Assembly: GCA_017555025.1 (NCBI GenBank)
Contig: JAFZHC010000040.1
Location: 1,711 to 65,710, forward strand
From: Akkermansia sp.
GTDB taxonomy: Bacteria; Verrucomicrobiota; Verrucomicrobiia; Verrucomicrobiales; Akkermansiaceae
DNA length: 64,000 bases
Reading direction: 5' to 3'
Below, in pieces: positions 26,912-37,062 of the stretch; position 1 is the stretch's first letter; each line of letters opens with the position of its first letter. The notes under the pieces are model-generated. The model was not told the DNA's origin. It made no database searches and saw only the letters and a list, made by a program, of their open reading frames with translations. Made by a program: the position numbers and the translations under genes.

Positions 26912-28261
26912 TTAGCTATCTTGATATAACATGCTACGCACTTGCTGCCAACATAGGATGAAAGAGGAAGCAAAATCTTGCGGCCTTCGTTCTAACCAAG
27001 TGTCGATGATTGACGCCGGGAAGGGCAGCACTCCGTCAATTTCGGCAGCGGGGAAAGATACTCTGCCATCCTGTACTGCGGCATAAATGGTTACGTGCTC
27101 AAAGCCGGTCTGCTCAGTTGGGGGCAGCGTGCCTACTTTAATAAGCGGCGTGTCGGTTATGCCCAGTTCCTCGGCCAATTCTCGGCGTGCTGCTGTTTCA
27201 TAATCCTCACCGGCATCGAGGTGGCCTGCGGCGGAAGAATCCCATACGCCGGGATGTTTGTCTTTGAGCATGGAGCGCTTTTGCAGCAGACAGTCACGGT
27301 TTTTATTGAATACCAGCACATGAACGGCTCGGTGGATAAGATTTTTCTCGTGAACTTCCTTGCGCGTTGCCCGGCCTATCGGCTTATCGTCTGCGTCTAC
27401 AACATCAAAAAGTTCGTCGTCCTTCTGGGCTACAGCCGAGAGGGGGTGCGGGTCGTAGGCGCGGGTCAGGCTTACCCATTGGGCCAGCCCCAGTTCTTCG
27501 GGTCTTGCCGTGGGAGATACCCCTACAGCTGCCGCCACCTCAGCCCAGGGGCGCGTAGCAGGCAGTTGCTTGTGCATTTGCTTACGGCGCTGCGCAAAGC
27601 AGCGGCGCATGAGTTCATCCATGAGGCGATGGTCATAGGGAGGCAACTCCTGCGGAGGGCGAGGCGTAAGCAGCATGACGGTGGAGTCAATTTTCGGACG
27701 CGGCGAAAAGGCCTCGGGCGGAACGGTTTTGAGTGCCTTCGGTACCCAGTCCATCTGAATGCGCAGGGAGAGCAACCCATAGGCATCGTCCCCCGGTTTG
27801 GCCAGTATGCGGTCAATGAATTCCTTTTGCAGCATGACGACTGCGCGGCTGCAAGCGCAGGGGGAGGTGAGAAAGTTTGCGAGAATGGCTCCGCCGGCCG
27901 AGTAGGGCAGATTACCCATAAACTTAACGGGTTGCTCAGCAAAAAGTCGGCGCGGGTCCCAAGTGGCTCCGTCGGCATGATGTACTTCGACGTGGGGCGT
28001 ATCGGCCCAGCGTTTGCGCTGGTAATCAGCTAAGCGGGCATCGAACTCAACCAGAATGAGCTTGCGGCAGAGGGGGGCCATGTGCTCAGTAAGTGCACCG
28101 GTGCCGGGGCCGACTTCCACCACGCAATCCTCGGGGCTAATCTCGAGCTGGCTTACAATCCAGCGGGCAATGTTTTCATCAATTAGGAAATTCTGACCGA
28201 GAGACTTGGAGGGTGTCACGGCGAAGTTATCGAGGACCTGGTGAATCTGGCTGGCATTCAT
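26912..28261 (-). CDS. rsmA: 16S rRNA dimethyltransferase RsmA/KsgA fused to a C-terminal IDI-like NUDIX hydrolase
   Basis: SLGQNFL, EVGPG.GALT, GNLPYS, QKE, F.PRPKIDS; then VHV.VFN, QKRS..KD.HPG.WD, GHLDAGEDYETAARRELAEELGI. Confidence 0.92.
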   Translation of the reverse strand: MNASQIHQVLDNFAVTPSKSLGQNFLIDENIARWIVSQLEISPEDCVVEVGPGTGALTEHMAPLCRKLILVEFDARLADYQRKRWADTPHVEVHHADGATWDPRRLFAEQPVKFMGNLPYSAGGAILANFLTSPCACSRAVVMLQKEFIDRILAKPGDDAYGLLSLRIQMDWVPKALKTVPPEAFSPRPKIDSTVMLLTPRPPQELPPYDHRLMDELMRRCFAQRRKQMHKQLPATRPWAEVAAAVGVSPTARPEELGLAQWVSLTRAYDPHPLSAVAQKDDELFDVVDADDKPIGRATRKEVHEKNLIHRAVHVLVFNKNRDCLLQKRSMLKDKHPGVWDSSAAGHLDAGEDYETAARRELAEELGITDTPLIKVGTLPPTEQTGFEHVTIYAAVQDGRVSFPAAEIDGVLPFPASIIDTWLERRPQDFASSFILCWQQVRSMLYQDS

Positions 28262-28372
28262 GGAACGGGGGATATTGTATCGCTCCTTATACTGAAAAGC
28301 AAGTGATTTATTACTCTGTGCGCATGTTAGTGCCTTTACAAGCGGGCAGAAAGGTGGTATGCTGTCGGGGAT

Positions 28373-29368
28373 ATGATGGAACTCGCAATTCGCCCTCGCC
28401 GCAATCGCAAATCAGCCGCAATGCGCGGGCTGATGCGCGAGACTTCTCTTAGTGCTGCTAATCTCATTTATCCCATGTTTGTTCAGGAGGGCGATGAGAA
28501 TACGCCGATTGCTTCGCTACCCGGTTGCACCCGCTGGTGCGTGGCTGACATAGCTGCCGAGTGCCGCCGTTTGTATGAATTGGGAATTCCCTGCGTGGAT
28601 TTGTTTGCCGTGGTGCCGGAGGAAAAGAAAGATGCAGCCGGCTCTGAGGCGTGGAACCCGGAGGGTGTGGTGCCGCGAGCCATTGCCGCCATTAAGGCAG
28701 AAGTGCCTGAGCTGTTGGTGATGACGGATGTAGCGCTGGACCCCTTCAACACCTATGGGCAGGATGGTATTGTGCGTGAATATGACGACGGTTCGTATGA
28801 AATTCTGAATGATGAGACGGTGGAGGCACTTTGTCGTCAGGCCTTGTGCCACGCCCGCGCCGGGGCTGATATCATTTCGCCGAGTGATATGATGGATGGC
28901 CGCATAGGTGCCTTGCGTTCTGCTCTGGATGCCGAGGGATTTACCTCCGTCTCATTGCTGAGCTATACGGCCAAATATGCTTCCGCTTACTACGGGCCGT
29001 TCCGTGGTGCGCTGGGGAGTGCGCCCAAGTTCGGCGACAAAAAGACTTACCAGATGGACCCCGCCAACGTACGTGAAGCTCTGCGTGAGGCTGAGTTGGA
29101 TGTGGCTGAGGGCGCCGATATGCTGATGGTGAAGCCGGCCACTCTGTATCTGGATGTCATTCGTGAAATGCGGGCACATACTCATTTACCCATTGCTGCT
29201 TATCATGTGAGCGGCGAATACCTCATGGTGAAGGCCGCAGCGGCCTCCGGCTGGCTGGATGAAAAGCAGTGCATGCTGGAGGCTCTTATGGCTATACGGC
29301 GTGCCGGTGCGGACATGATTCTTACCTACGCAGCGCCTCAGGTAGCTGAGTGGTTGCGTGAAATGTGA
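28373..29368 (+). CDS. hemB: Delta-aminolevulinic acid dehydratase (porphobilinogen synthase)
   Basis: RPRRNR, TDVALDPF, SPSDMMDGRI, SYTAKYASAYYGPFR, YQMDPAN, MVKPA, AYHVSGEY. Confidence 0.97.
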   Translation: MMELAIRPRRNRKSAAMRGLMRETSLSAANLIYPMFVQEGDENTPIASLPGCTRWCVADIAAECRRLYELGIPCVDLFAVVPEEKKDAAGSEAWNPEGVVPRAIAAIKAEVPELLVMTDVALDPFNTYGQDGIVREYDDGSYEILNDETVEALCRQALCHARAGADIISPSDMMDGRIGALRSALDAEGFTSVSLLSYTAKYASAYYGPFRGALGSAPKFGDKKTYQMDPANVREALREAELDVAEGADMLMVKPATLYLDVIREMRAHTHLPIAAYHVSGEYLMVKAAAASGWLDEKQCMLEALMAIRRAGADMILTYAAPQVAEWLREM

Positions 29369-29388
29369 GCCATCTATGATGATTTCCC

Positions 29389-30432
29389 GTGCATAAGCGC
29401 AGCAACCAACACATGCAGAAAAAATCGGTTTGGCAACGAGCCGATTTTCTGCTTTTATTGTTGGTGTTTTCGCTGGCCGGGCTGCTCACGCTGCGCTTTG
29501 GCTCAGACGTTGAGGGGCTTACTGTACGGGAGGTAGAACCTGCCGGGGAGTTACTACATCAGGAGGGCGCACCGGTAGCTGATTATTTACCGAAGCCGCC
29601 GGAAGCCGGAGAGCCGGTTCGTTTTCTGATGTACAACGTGCAGAATTACTTTGTAGCCGGTGAGAAAAGCCGTTCTCGTTATATGTGCCGCCCGAAGTCT
29701 GTTCGTTCTCGTGAGGCGGTGGCCGACGTTATTGCCACGGCTGCGCCTGAGATTGTGGGGCTGATTGAGATTGGTGGGGAGCTGGCTTTGGCTGATTTAC
29801 AGAAACGACTGGCTGAAAGAGGGCTACGTTACCCGCACGCAATGGTGCTGGAGCGCGAGGGGGAAGACCGGGCTCTGGCTTTGTTATCGATGCACCCTGT
29901 TATTCGCGATTTCTCTCAGGCTAATTATCCTCTGTACGGGCAGAAGCGGCGTAAGATGCTGCGAGGAATTCTGGATGTTACGGTGCAGTTGCCCGATGGG
30001 CGCTATTTTCGGGTGATGGGGGCTCACCTCAAATCTCGTGTGGCACAGGATGCCGCTGCCGCCAACAACCTGCGTAGTCGTGAGGCTCGCACGCTGGCTT
30101 TTTACCTGCACGAACAAGTGCAGCGTGCTCCCGAGGTTCCCATTGTATTGTTTGGTGATTGGAATGATGGGCCTGAAGATGCCTCGCTGGGAGTGTTGAC
30201 TCATGGCCTCAGCCGCCAATCTTCCATGTCGCGCCTCGAACCGCTGGATGACCGTGGGCACGCTTGGACCATTTATTTTAAGGCGGGGAGTGAGTACCTT
30301 GTCTTTGACCAGATTTATGTCAACCCGATACTGAAACGCCGCCGTGGGCGCCATAGCCAATGCGGCATTGTTGATATAGACGCCGCCTCGACAGCCAGCG
30401 ACCATCGGGCAATTTGGTGTGAACTGCGCTGA
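29389..30432 (+). CDS. Membrane-anchored endonuclease/exonuclease/phosphatase family protein
   Basis: MYNVQN, GLIEI, GAHLKS, FGDWND, FDQIYV and SDHRAI motifs. Confidence 0.85.
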   Translation: MHKRSNQHMQKKSVWQRADFLLLLLVFSLAGLLTLRFGSDVEGLTVREVEPAGELLHQEGAPVADYLPKPPEAGEPVRFLMYNVQNYFVAGEKSRSRYMCRPKSVRSREAVADVIATAAPEIVGLIEIGGELALADLQKRLAERGLRYPHAMVLEREGEDRALALLSMHPVIRDFSQANYPLYGQKRRKMLRGILDVTVQLPDGRYFRVMGAHLKSRVAQDAAAANNLRSREARTLAFYLHEQVQRAPEVPIVLFGDWNDGPEDASLGVLTHGLSRQSSMSRLEPLDDRGHAWTIYFKAGSEYLVFDQIYVNPILKRRRGRHSQCGIVDIDAASTASDHRAIWCELR

Positions 30433-30443
30433 ACAGAGCCCCC

Positions 30444-32861
30444 TTAGCGGGAGCCCCTGTTGGTCGGCAGGAAATGATGTTTGCGGATATTGTCAGCCCA
30501 GTGCAGGAATTGGTCTGCTCTCTTACCCGGCCCCTTAACGCGAGCGTTGTCTGTCGTCGGGAGCGGCCAGGCGGCTATGCGCTCGGCTAATTCCGCAGCG
30601 GCTGCGGGCTCCTTTAATTCAATGTATTGAGCAATGGCTCCCGCTCCGGCAAAGTACAAAATAAACCAATCCGCTTCAGCGATTTCGGCTTCATCGGTCG
30701 GAGTATCATCAATCAATTTGCAGTAATTTTCCAGCGCCTGACGGTTGTCGCCGCTGCGAGCATGCAGAGAGGCTTTCTGTATGCGGGCGCGGACAATCCA
30801 TTCGCGTGGTAAACCGCCGATGGAGAATATCTTGCGGTTGGCTTCTATAGCCTGTTTGACGGATTCATCCGTTCCTTGCAGCGTGAGGTCGTGAGCCTGC
30901 ACACTCAGTGCCATGGCTCGATCGGTAGCGCTCAGTTGGTTGTTGCGCAGCAGGTTGTTAGTAATAATCTGCGCTTCCTCCCCGCGATTAATCCAGGCGA
31001 GCAGGCGCGCTTGCAGAATCTGTGCGCGGTACTTGTAGGGACTGTTCAGTTCAGCTGCTGCGGCATAATACTCTACTGCTTTGTTCAGCTGCTCCTGTGA
31101 ACTGAGCCTTTCCGCCTGGCGGGCAGCGAGGTAGAGCGCTTTCGCCTTGAGTTCGCCGGTATCTGCTTTTTCGGCTAGTTCTACCAGCAGGGTAGCGGCT
31201 TCGTCGTGGCGCTCATGGGCTGCCAGTTTCTCAGCGAGATTGAATGTGAGAATAATGCGATTTTCCTCCTTTGTGGATACTTGGAGAGCCTCTGTCAGAA
31301 TATCAATCGCCTTGGGGGCAGGGGTGCCCTGAGCACGGAGTTTATCCGCAGCTTGCAATTGGAGTGAATAATAACGTAGTTCCTGCTCATTTTGCCAGCT
31401 GTTGCGTGTTTCCGGCGGGCATTTTTGCAGACTGTTCAGCGTGTTTGCCGGTGCAGTTTGGAGGTCGAGTTCAGCCAGTAGCAGCAAAATTTCCGTTTGT
31501 TCCTGTTCCGTCGGGGTGAGCAGCTGTACCGACTCAATTTCAGCCCGAGCCTGAGCCGGGTTTTTGTGTAGAATCAGTCCGGCATGCATCAGCAGGATGG
31601 CCCGTCGGGCTCGGGGCGGTAACTCTTTAGTCAGCAATTCATCAATGATTGCTTGCTCTCCGCTGAGTACCGCGCTGTACATGGCATTGCTCAGAGCGGC
31701 CGGTTGCAGGTCAGCAGAGGCCAGTTCTGCACTTTTGTAGAAATTTTCAGCTGTGCCTTTTTCTGCCTGAGGCAGGCAACATCCGCGGTAAAAGAGATAA
31801 CGCGGATCGCTCATGTCCGGCTTCAGCATATCCAGATATAGATTTGCTTTTTCCGTCTGCTGGCTATTGATGAGGCGACGAACCTGTTCTCCTAAAATGA
31901 GCTGTGTGGTGGGTTCATTGGGGAGAGCGGTAGCAGCTGTGTTGGCAATAGTGACGTCATCTTCGCTAAGTCTGGGGTCACTCAGCTGTAAGCGCTGCCG
32001 TACAGCCAGTGCTAATGCTGCACGATGCGGTTTGTTGAGTTCTTCACTCCACTCATTGAGTTTGCGTTGGGCGTATTCACTTTCGGTGAAGGCATTGTGA
32101 CGGTCCAAGTGGCGAAAGGCTTCTTCGAGCAGCGGAGACTCCGGATTCGCCGAGATGAAGTGCAGGAGCGTTTCTTCGCCTTTACCCTCATCGTCTTCTT
32201 CTTCGTCAATGGGGGCTTCTTCTTCGGTTTTTGCAGCTTCAGCTTTTTCGTAATAAATTTCGGCGAGAGCCAAGCGCACGCGCTGCTTCATGATGATAGA
32301 CAGATTCGGCAGAGATTCCATCTCTCGGCAGGCTTCAATCGCCTCTGCATATTGCCCGCTGCGGCGCATTTCTTCAATGTTGAGCAACTGCACCATCGGT
32401 TTCAGGTTTTCATCTCGAGCCGCCATTTTGCGCAACGGTTCCAGCGTGGAGACATCTCCATGTGTTGTATGGCGCAGTTGAAATTCGGCAAGTGCGGCTT
32501 GTGCAAGTGTGGCGATTTCTTCGTTGGAGCTGGCGGTAAGAGGTGCCACATATTCTACGAAATCGAGCAACTGGCTTTGCCAGGCACAGTATATCAAGGC
32601 CTTGGCTGAATAGGGGTAATATACGCTCTCTGCCGGTACCTGACTGAAGAAGACGACAGCCTGAGGGTAGCGGTTGAGCTCGGTAAGCGCTCTCCCTTTC
32701 CAGTAAAGTACTGCCGGTGTGTGGGGCTCGAGCTGCAGCATGGCTAGAGCCTCTGCCGGTTTGCCATCGCGGAGCATTTGTTCTGCTTCGGCTAGGTCAG
32801 CTTTGGCGCTTAACGTAAGAGCTAAGGGCAGGAGGAGATGTAAAACGGAGCGTATGTTCAT
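30444..32861 (-). CDS. Large exported tetratricopeptide-repeat protein
   Basis: Signal peptide; repeated helical A/L/Y-rich TPR-like units over ~800 aa. Confidence 0.7.
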   Translation of the reverse strand: MNIRSVLHLLLPLALTLSAKADLAEAEQMLRDGKPAEALAMLQLEPHTPAVLYWKGRALTELNRYPQAVVFFSQVPAESVYYPYSAKALIYCAWQSQLLDFVEYVAPLTASSNEEIATLAQAALAEFQLRHTTHGDVSTLEPLRKMAARDENLKPMVQLLNIEEMRRSGQYAEAIEACREMESLPNLSIIMKQRVRLALAEIYYEKAEAAKTEEEAPIDEEEDDEGKGEETLLHFISANPESPLLEEAFRHLDRHNAFTESEYAQRKLNEWSEELNKPHRAALALAVRQRLQLSDPRLSEDDVTIANTAATALPNEPTTQLILGEQVRRLINSQQTEKANLYLDMLKPDMSDPRYLFYRGCCLPQAEKGTAENFYKSAELASADLQPAALSNAMYSAVLSGEQAIIDELLTKELPPRARRAILLMHAGLILHKNPAQARAEIESVQLLTPTEQEQTEILLLLAELDLQTAPANTLNSLQKCPPETRNSWQNEQELRYYSLQLQAADKLRAQGTPAPKAIDILTEALQVSTKEENRIILTFNLAEKLAAHERHDEAATLLVELAEKADTGELKAKALYLAARQAERLSSQEQLNKAVEYYAAAAELNSPYKYRAQILQARLLAWINRGEEAQIITNNLLRNNQLSATDRAMALSVQAHDLTLQGTDESVKQAIEANRKIFSIGGLPREWIVRARIQKASLHARSGDNRQALENYCKLIDDTPTDEAEIAEADWFILYFAGAGAIAQYIELKEPAAAAELAERIAAWPLPTTDNARVKGPGKRADQFLHWADNIRKHHFLPTNRGSR

Positions 32862-32875
32862 GGTGCAGTACGTGC

Positions 32876-33931
32876 TTAGTGGGGAGCATCAGGAGAAGCC
32901 ATCAGCCCCTCGTGCCACAGAAAAAGGTTGATGTAACGGAGCCCGGAAGCGGTGAGCGCAGCATTTTTGCTGTTGCCTTTCAGTCGATTCACTGTGCAGT
33001 TCTGTTGCCAAGTGGGCATGGGCTTGCATTTGGCAACGGTTGGTGTGCTAACCGCCTGTGCAGAGGGGTAGATAGCGATGGGAATGCCCTCCTGCGTAAA
33101 GGCAATATCGAGTGCCGGCGTCGTTTTACCCCATGTTCCTTTGTAGAGGAAGGGGTAACGTTCGAGAAAATCCATTTTGCCGCTATAAGGCACTCTTACC
33201 CGGTAGTGTTCGCTGAGGGTGGAAAAATAACGGCTCAGGGAGAATGGTTGGCCGTTTTTGCAGGCTCGCAGCACATCGCTGACGTTGATGCCGATGAGGT
33301 TGAGCCCGTTGAACAGCCCGTGCTTGTTAGTAGGCGGCTGCACGATGAGGTCGTAGGCCGAATTAATCATCAGGCATATTTCCAAGTGCAGGTGAGCTCT
33401 TGTTTTGTTAAGCCCTACACCGGTGTAGCCGAGCACGCCGATCGTATCTGCCGGGGTGACCTGCTGCCCTTCACTACAGGAGGTAGCTGCCAGATGGGCA
33501 TACAGACTGTAGATGGTTCCCTCTGTTACATGATGAGCAATAATGATATAGCGCCCATAATTACTTTTACCCGCATCGTTGCTTACATAAGCCACCGTAC
33601 CCGGTGCTATCGGGCGTACCTTATCGAGCGGTTCGTTGTTGGCATCTCTGCGGATGGGCTTTACATCAATACCTTCGTGCAGGCGAGAGAAGCTCAGCTG
33701 TTTATTGCTGTCGCGGTAAGGATTGCGAACCATTCCCCAGGTTCCGCCCTGCCACGGGCGAGTCGTTTCCCCCTCGAAAGTGCGGTCTACATACATGTAA
33801 TATTCATCCTCGCCTTTGCCGTAGATGGCTCGATTATCTGTGGGCAGGCTGAATACCATGTCTCCTGCCGCCGGGCAAAGGCCTGACAGCAGGAGGGAGA
33901 TAAGCAAATAGAGCAGGGGGAATTTATTCAT
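32876..33931 (-). CDS. M23 family metallopeptidase
   Basis: Signal peptide (MNKFPLL...); HEGID, NYGRYIII.H, SLYAHL, IG.LG.TG, HLHLEI. Confidence 0.88.
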   Translation of the reverse strand: MNKFPLLYLLISLLLSGLCPAAGDMVFSLPTDNRAIYGKGEDEYYMYVDRTFEGETTRPWQGGTWGMVRNPYRDSNKQLSFSRLHEGIDVKPIRRDANNEPLDKVRPIAPGTVAYVSNDAGKSNYGRYIIIAHHVTEGTIYSLYAHLAATSCSEGQQVTPADTIGVLGYTGVGLNKTRAHLHLEICLMINSAYDLIVQPPTNKHGLFNGLNLIGINVSDVLRACKNGQPFSLSRYFSTLSEHYRVRVPYSGKMDFLERYPFLYKGTWGKTTPALDIAFTQEGIPIAIYPSAQAVSTPTVAKCKPMPTWQQNCTVNRLKGNSKNAALTASGLRYINLFLWHEGLMASPDAPH

Positions 33932-33935
33932 GCTC

Positions 33936-34517
33936 TCAGTTGAAGATTTCGCCAACGGTGCGCCCGGTGAAGTCGCGCGTCTGCTTCTCCACATCTTCCG
34001 GCTTGGTGGGCAGAGGTCGCGGGTTCTTGCTCTTAAAGCGTTTCTCTTCCAGCTCCTCGTCGATGGGTTGTACTGTGCGGGCAATCATTTTCAGGTCATA
34101 GCCGTTAAGCCCGTTCCAAATGACCAGCACGCCATCGTTGACCGGCGAAATGCGCATGGGCTCCATAGCCAAACCATTCACGACGGGGAGCATGAGCATG
34201 CCTCGCTTCTCAACGGTGTTGTAATAGAGACGATTGCGCCATTCTTTTCGTGCGTAGAGGGTAACACCGTATGAGCCGTCGGGGTTGAGGTGTGACTGGT
34301 ACTTCTCAAAGTGATCCAGCGACATGATAGGCATGCGTGTATAGGTTGTCCCCTTGTAGCGAACAATCATCTTGGCGCTGGTGCTATCCGCAGCCTCTGT
34401 TACTGTGTTAGAATCCTGTACAAGGAAATACACGGGGTATGCCCGCTGGCCTTGCTGACAACCGCAGGCCATTACTACTGTGGCAATGATGGCTGAAATG
34501 GTGCAGAAAAATTTCAT
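33936..34517 (-). CDS. Lipoprotein resembling a stand-alone SecDF P1-head subdomain
   Basis: Lipobox MACGC; GVTLY...RL...T....G..M...VNG......I..V.DG.L.I pattern. Confidence 0.55.
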   Translation of the reverse strand: MKFFCTISAIIATVVMACGCQQGQRAYPVYFLVQDSNTVTEAADSTSAKMIVRYKGTTYTRMPIMSLDHFEKYQSHLNPDGSYGVTLYARKEWRNRLYYNTVEKRGMLMLPVVNGLAMEPMRISPVNDGVLVIWNGLNGYDLKMIARTVQPIDEELEEKRFKSKNPRPLPTKPEDVEKQTRDFTGRTVGEIFN

Positions 34518-34579
34518 ACGTAAATGGTGTAATACACCCGCAATTCTACCATGTTTCGCCTGCGATATCCAGCCAAAAA

Positions 34580-35224
34580 TCAGCCACGCAGGAAACTACG
34601 GCCGGAAATGCAGTAATGCAGGCCGCTCCACAGGGTCAGAATGACACTCGACCAGAGGAAAATGGCTCGCAACCATTCAGCCCAGATGCCGACGGACAGG
34701 GTGTGAAGCGGCTCGGGCAGGTTGCCGGCATAGGCCAAGTGCACGAGGCAGGCTATGCAGTAGGCCAGCTGCAGACCGGTCTTCCACTTGCCGCTCTTAT
34801 CTGCGGCCATGACAACGCCTTTTTCCACAGCCAGCTGGCGCAGACCGGTAACAAGGAACTCGCGGAAGATGATGAGGATGGTAACCCAGAAGGGGCACAT
34901 GCCCACGTAGGTGAGGTAAATGAATGCGGCGCTGACCAGAATTTTGTCTGCCAGCGGGTCAATCAGCTTGCCGAAATTGGTAATCAGGTTGTACTTGCGA
35001 GCCAGATAGCCATCCAGAAAATCGCTGATGGCACCGGCCACAAATGCCCAGAGCGCTATGCAAGAGCCGATGGTGACAGGGACAAACCAACCCTGCACAG
35101 GTATGGATTCCATCGGGCTTACGCCGTTGACAAAAGGAGCAACCCCATCAGCAGCCAGGGCTACAGCAAAAACAATGACAAGCGCTATGCGCACAAGCGT
35201 GATGGAATTCGGCAAGTTAAACAT
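34580..35224 (-). CDS. pgsA: CDP-diacylglycerol--glycerol-3-phosphate 3-phosphatidyltransferase
   Basis: NLPNSITLVRI, DFLDGYLARK....FGKLIDPLADK, REFLVTGLR, GKWKT. Confidence 0.93.
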   Translation of the reverse strand: MFNLPNSITLVRIALVIVFAVALAADGVAPFVNGVSPMESIPVQGWFVPVTIGSCIALWAFVAGAISDFLDGYLARKYNLITNFGKLIDPLADKILVSAAFIYLTYVGMCPFWVTILIIFREFLVTGLRQLAVEKGVVMAADKSGKWKTGLQLAYCIACLVHLAYAGNLPEPLHTLSVGIWAEWLRAIFLWSSVILTLWSGLHYCISGRSFLRG

Positions 35225-35392
35225 GTTCGCCTTTTTTATACTCGTTTACCCCCGGGCTTGCAAGCTTAAAAGCGGCCGCTGATTGCATTAGAACGCAATT
35301 TCCCGCACAATGTTGTCCAAATCACTCGAGAAGTCGTCATTCTGACATACTATGAGCTTGAAAGCGGGGGTAAATGTGCTATACTTTCCGCC

Positions 35393-36109
35393 ATGAACGG
35401 TTTTAGAATCACTGTGCTGGCTCTGCTTGTGCTTGCCGTGGGCCTGATGATGTATGTTATCTTCGTGAAACTGCCTGATATGCAGGCAGATCACAACATC
35501 TATGAAATTTCTCAGAAGTCTGCTCAGGTGGCTCAGCAGGATGCCGGCCACCGCGAGCGCGTGAGCATTTACGGCGAGGCCGCAGAGAACTCGAGCTTGG
35601 CTTCCGCTTACTCCGAGGCTGCCGAAGCTGACCGTACTGCTGAATCTTCTGTACATGAGGCCGAGGCTCGTGCCGTGATAGAGGATGCCAAGCGCAAGGC
35701 CGATGCCGCTATGGCCGAGCAGATTAAGGAGGAAGGTGCTGCTCCCACTACTATCGGTCTGGTTAAATCGTTCAACAAAGATTGGGTGTCTATCATGTTC
35801 ATGCCCGCAGTGAAGGACCCCATAACGGAAGGTCTTGTAGTGGCTGTTCGCCGTGAAGGGATTGTGCTCTGCGAGGCTACGGTCGACTTCATCGATGAGG
35901 AGTCCGGTCAGGTTGGCGCAACGCTCAAGCCTCAGGAGTTCGGAAAAGCTCAGGTGAATATCGATGAGGAGAAGATGTTGCCCATTCCCGGCGATGAAGT
36001 TATCTACTCACCGTTCTCCTCCGCTAAAGATTTGCGCTCGCAGAATAGTTTCCTCACGCCCCAGCCTCTCAGCGTACCCAAGAACAGCACGGAGCCTGCA
36101 CCACTCTGA
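35393..36109 (+). CDS. Hypothetical membrane-anchored protein (coiled coil plus beta domain)
   Basis: N-terminal TM; strong codon bias; promoter TTGAAA-16-TATACT 7 nt upstream. Confidence 0.7.
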   Translation: MNGFRITVLALLVLAVGLMMYVIFVKLPDMQADHNIYEISQKSAQVAQQDAGHRERVSIYGEAAENSSLASAYSEAAEADRTAESSVHEAEARAVIEDAKRKADAAMAEQIKEEGAAPTTIGLVKSFNKDWVSIMFMPAVKDPITEGLVVAVRREGIVLCEATVDFIDEESGQVGATLKPQEFGKAQVNIDEEKMLPIPGDEVIYSPFSSAKDLRSQNSFLTPQPLSVPKNSTEPAPL

Positions 36110-36117
36110 GTTTTCCC

Positions 36118-37059
36118 ATGTCTGCCTCTTTCCACTCGTCTTTGTTCGACAATACGCCCACGTTCTCCTTTGAGTTCTTCCCTCCGAAGACTGAGGAGGG
36201 GGCTCGCTCTTTGCTCGCAACGGTGGTAAAGCTTCAGGAGTTTCGTCCCAGTTTTGTGAGCGTAACCTACGGTGCCGGCGGTGGTTCGCGTGAATTGACT
36301 CGCTCCGTTGTGCATGATATTCAGCAGCGGGGAATTCCTACTGTTCCGCATCTGACTTGTGTGGGGCATACCGAGCAGGAAATAGAACAAATTCTGGAGG
36401 GCTATGCCAACGCCGGAGCCTCTGCTATACTGGCTCTTCGAGGGGACCCTCCCCGCAATATGCCCTACGATCCTTCGAAGGATGCTTTCCGCCATGCGTC
36501 CGAGCTTGTTCGCTTCATTCGCGAATGGGAGTCGCGCAACCGTCTGCCGCGTCGACTGACCATCGGTGTGGCCGGTTTTTGTGAGGGGCACCCCGACACC
36601 CGTAACCGCATTCGCGAGATGGATTATCTCAAGGCCAAGCTCGATGAAGGGGCTGATTACATTTGCACGCAGCTTTTCTTCGATAATCATGCCTTCTTTG
36701 ACTATCGCGACCGCTGCCGCCTGATGGGGATTGATGTGCCCATTATCGCCGGCATCATGCCTGTAACCACCATTTCGGGCATGAATCGTATGGCCGAGCT
36801 TTCTGCAGGTACTAATTTTCCCGCCCGCTTGCTCAAGGCCATGCTGCGAGCCGGTGGCGATAAGGAGAGCATTGAGCGCGTAGGTATCAACTACGCCAGT
36901 AACCAGTGCTCCGAATTGCTGGATGCCGATGTGGACGGCATTCACTTCTACACACTTAACCGCTCCAAGGCTACTCTGGAGATTTATCGTAACCTCGGTA
37001 TCAACAATTATTTTGATGTGGATCGCATCCACATGCTCAGCAGTATTTATAAATCCTGA
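36118..37059 (+). CDS. metF: Methylenetetrahydrofolate reductase
   Basis: SFEFFPPK, SVTYGAGG, PHLTC, LALRGDPP, TQLFFDN, GIMP, HFYTLNR. Confidence 0.95.
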   Translation: MSASFHSSLFDNTPTFSFEFFPPKTEEGARSLLATVVKLQEFRPSFVSVTYGAGGGSRELTRSVVHDIQQRGIPTVPHLTCVGHTEQEIEQILEGYANAGASAILALRGDPPRNMPYDPSKDAFRHASELVRFIREWESRNRLPRRLTIGVAGFCEGHPDTRNRIREMDYLKAKLDEGADYICTQLFFDNHAFFDYRDRCRLMGIDVPIIAGIMPVTTISGMNRMAELSAGTNFPARLLKAMLRAGGDKESIERVGINYASNQCSELLDADVDGIHFYTLNRSKATLEIYRNLGINNYFDVDRIHMLSSIYKS

Positions 37060-37062
37060 ACC

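Noticed and set aside
36100-36120. SAM riboswitch ahead of metF
   Set aside because: metF starts 8 nt after the upstream stop, leaving no room, and no S-box motif is seen.
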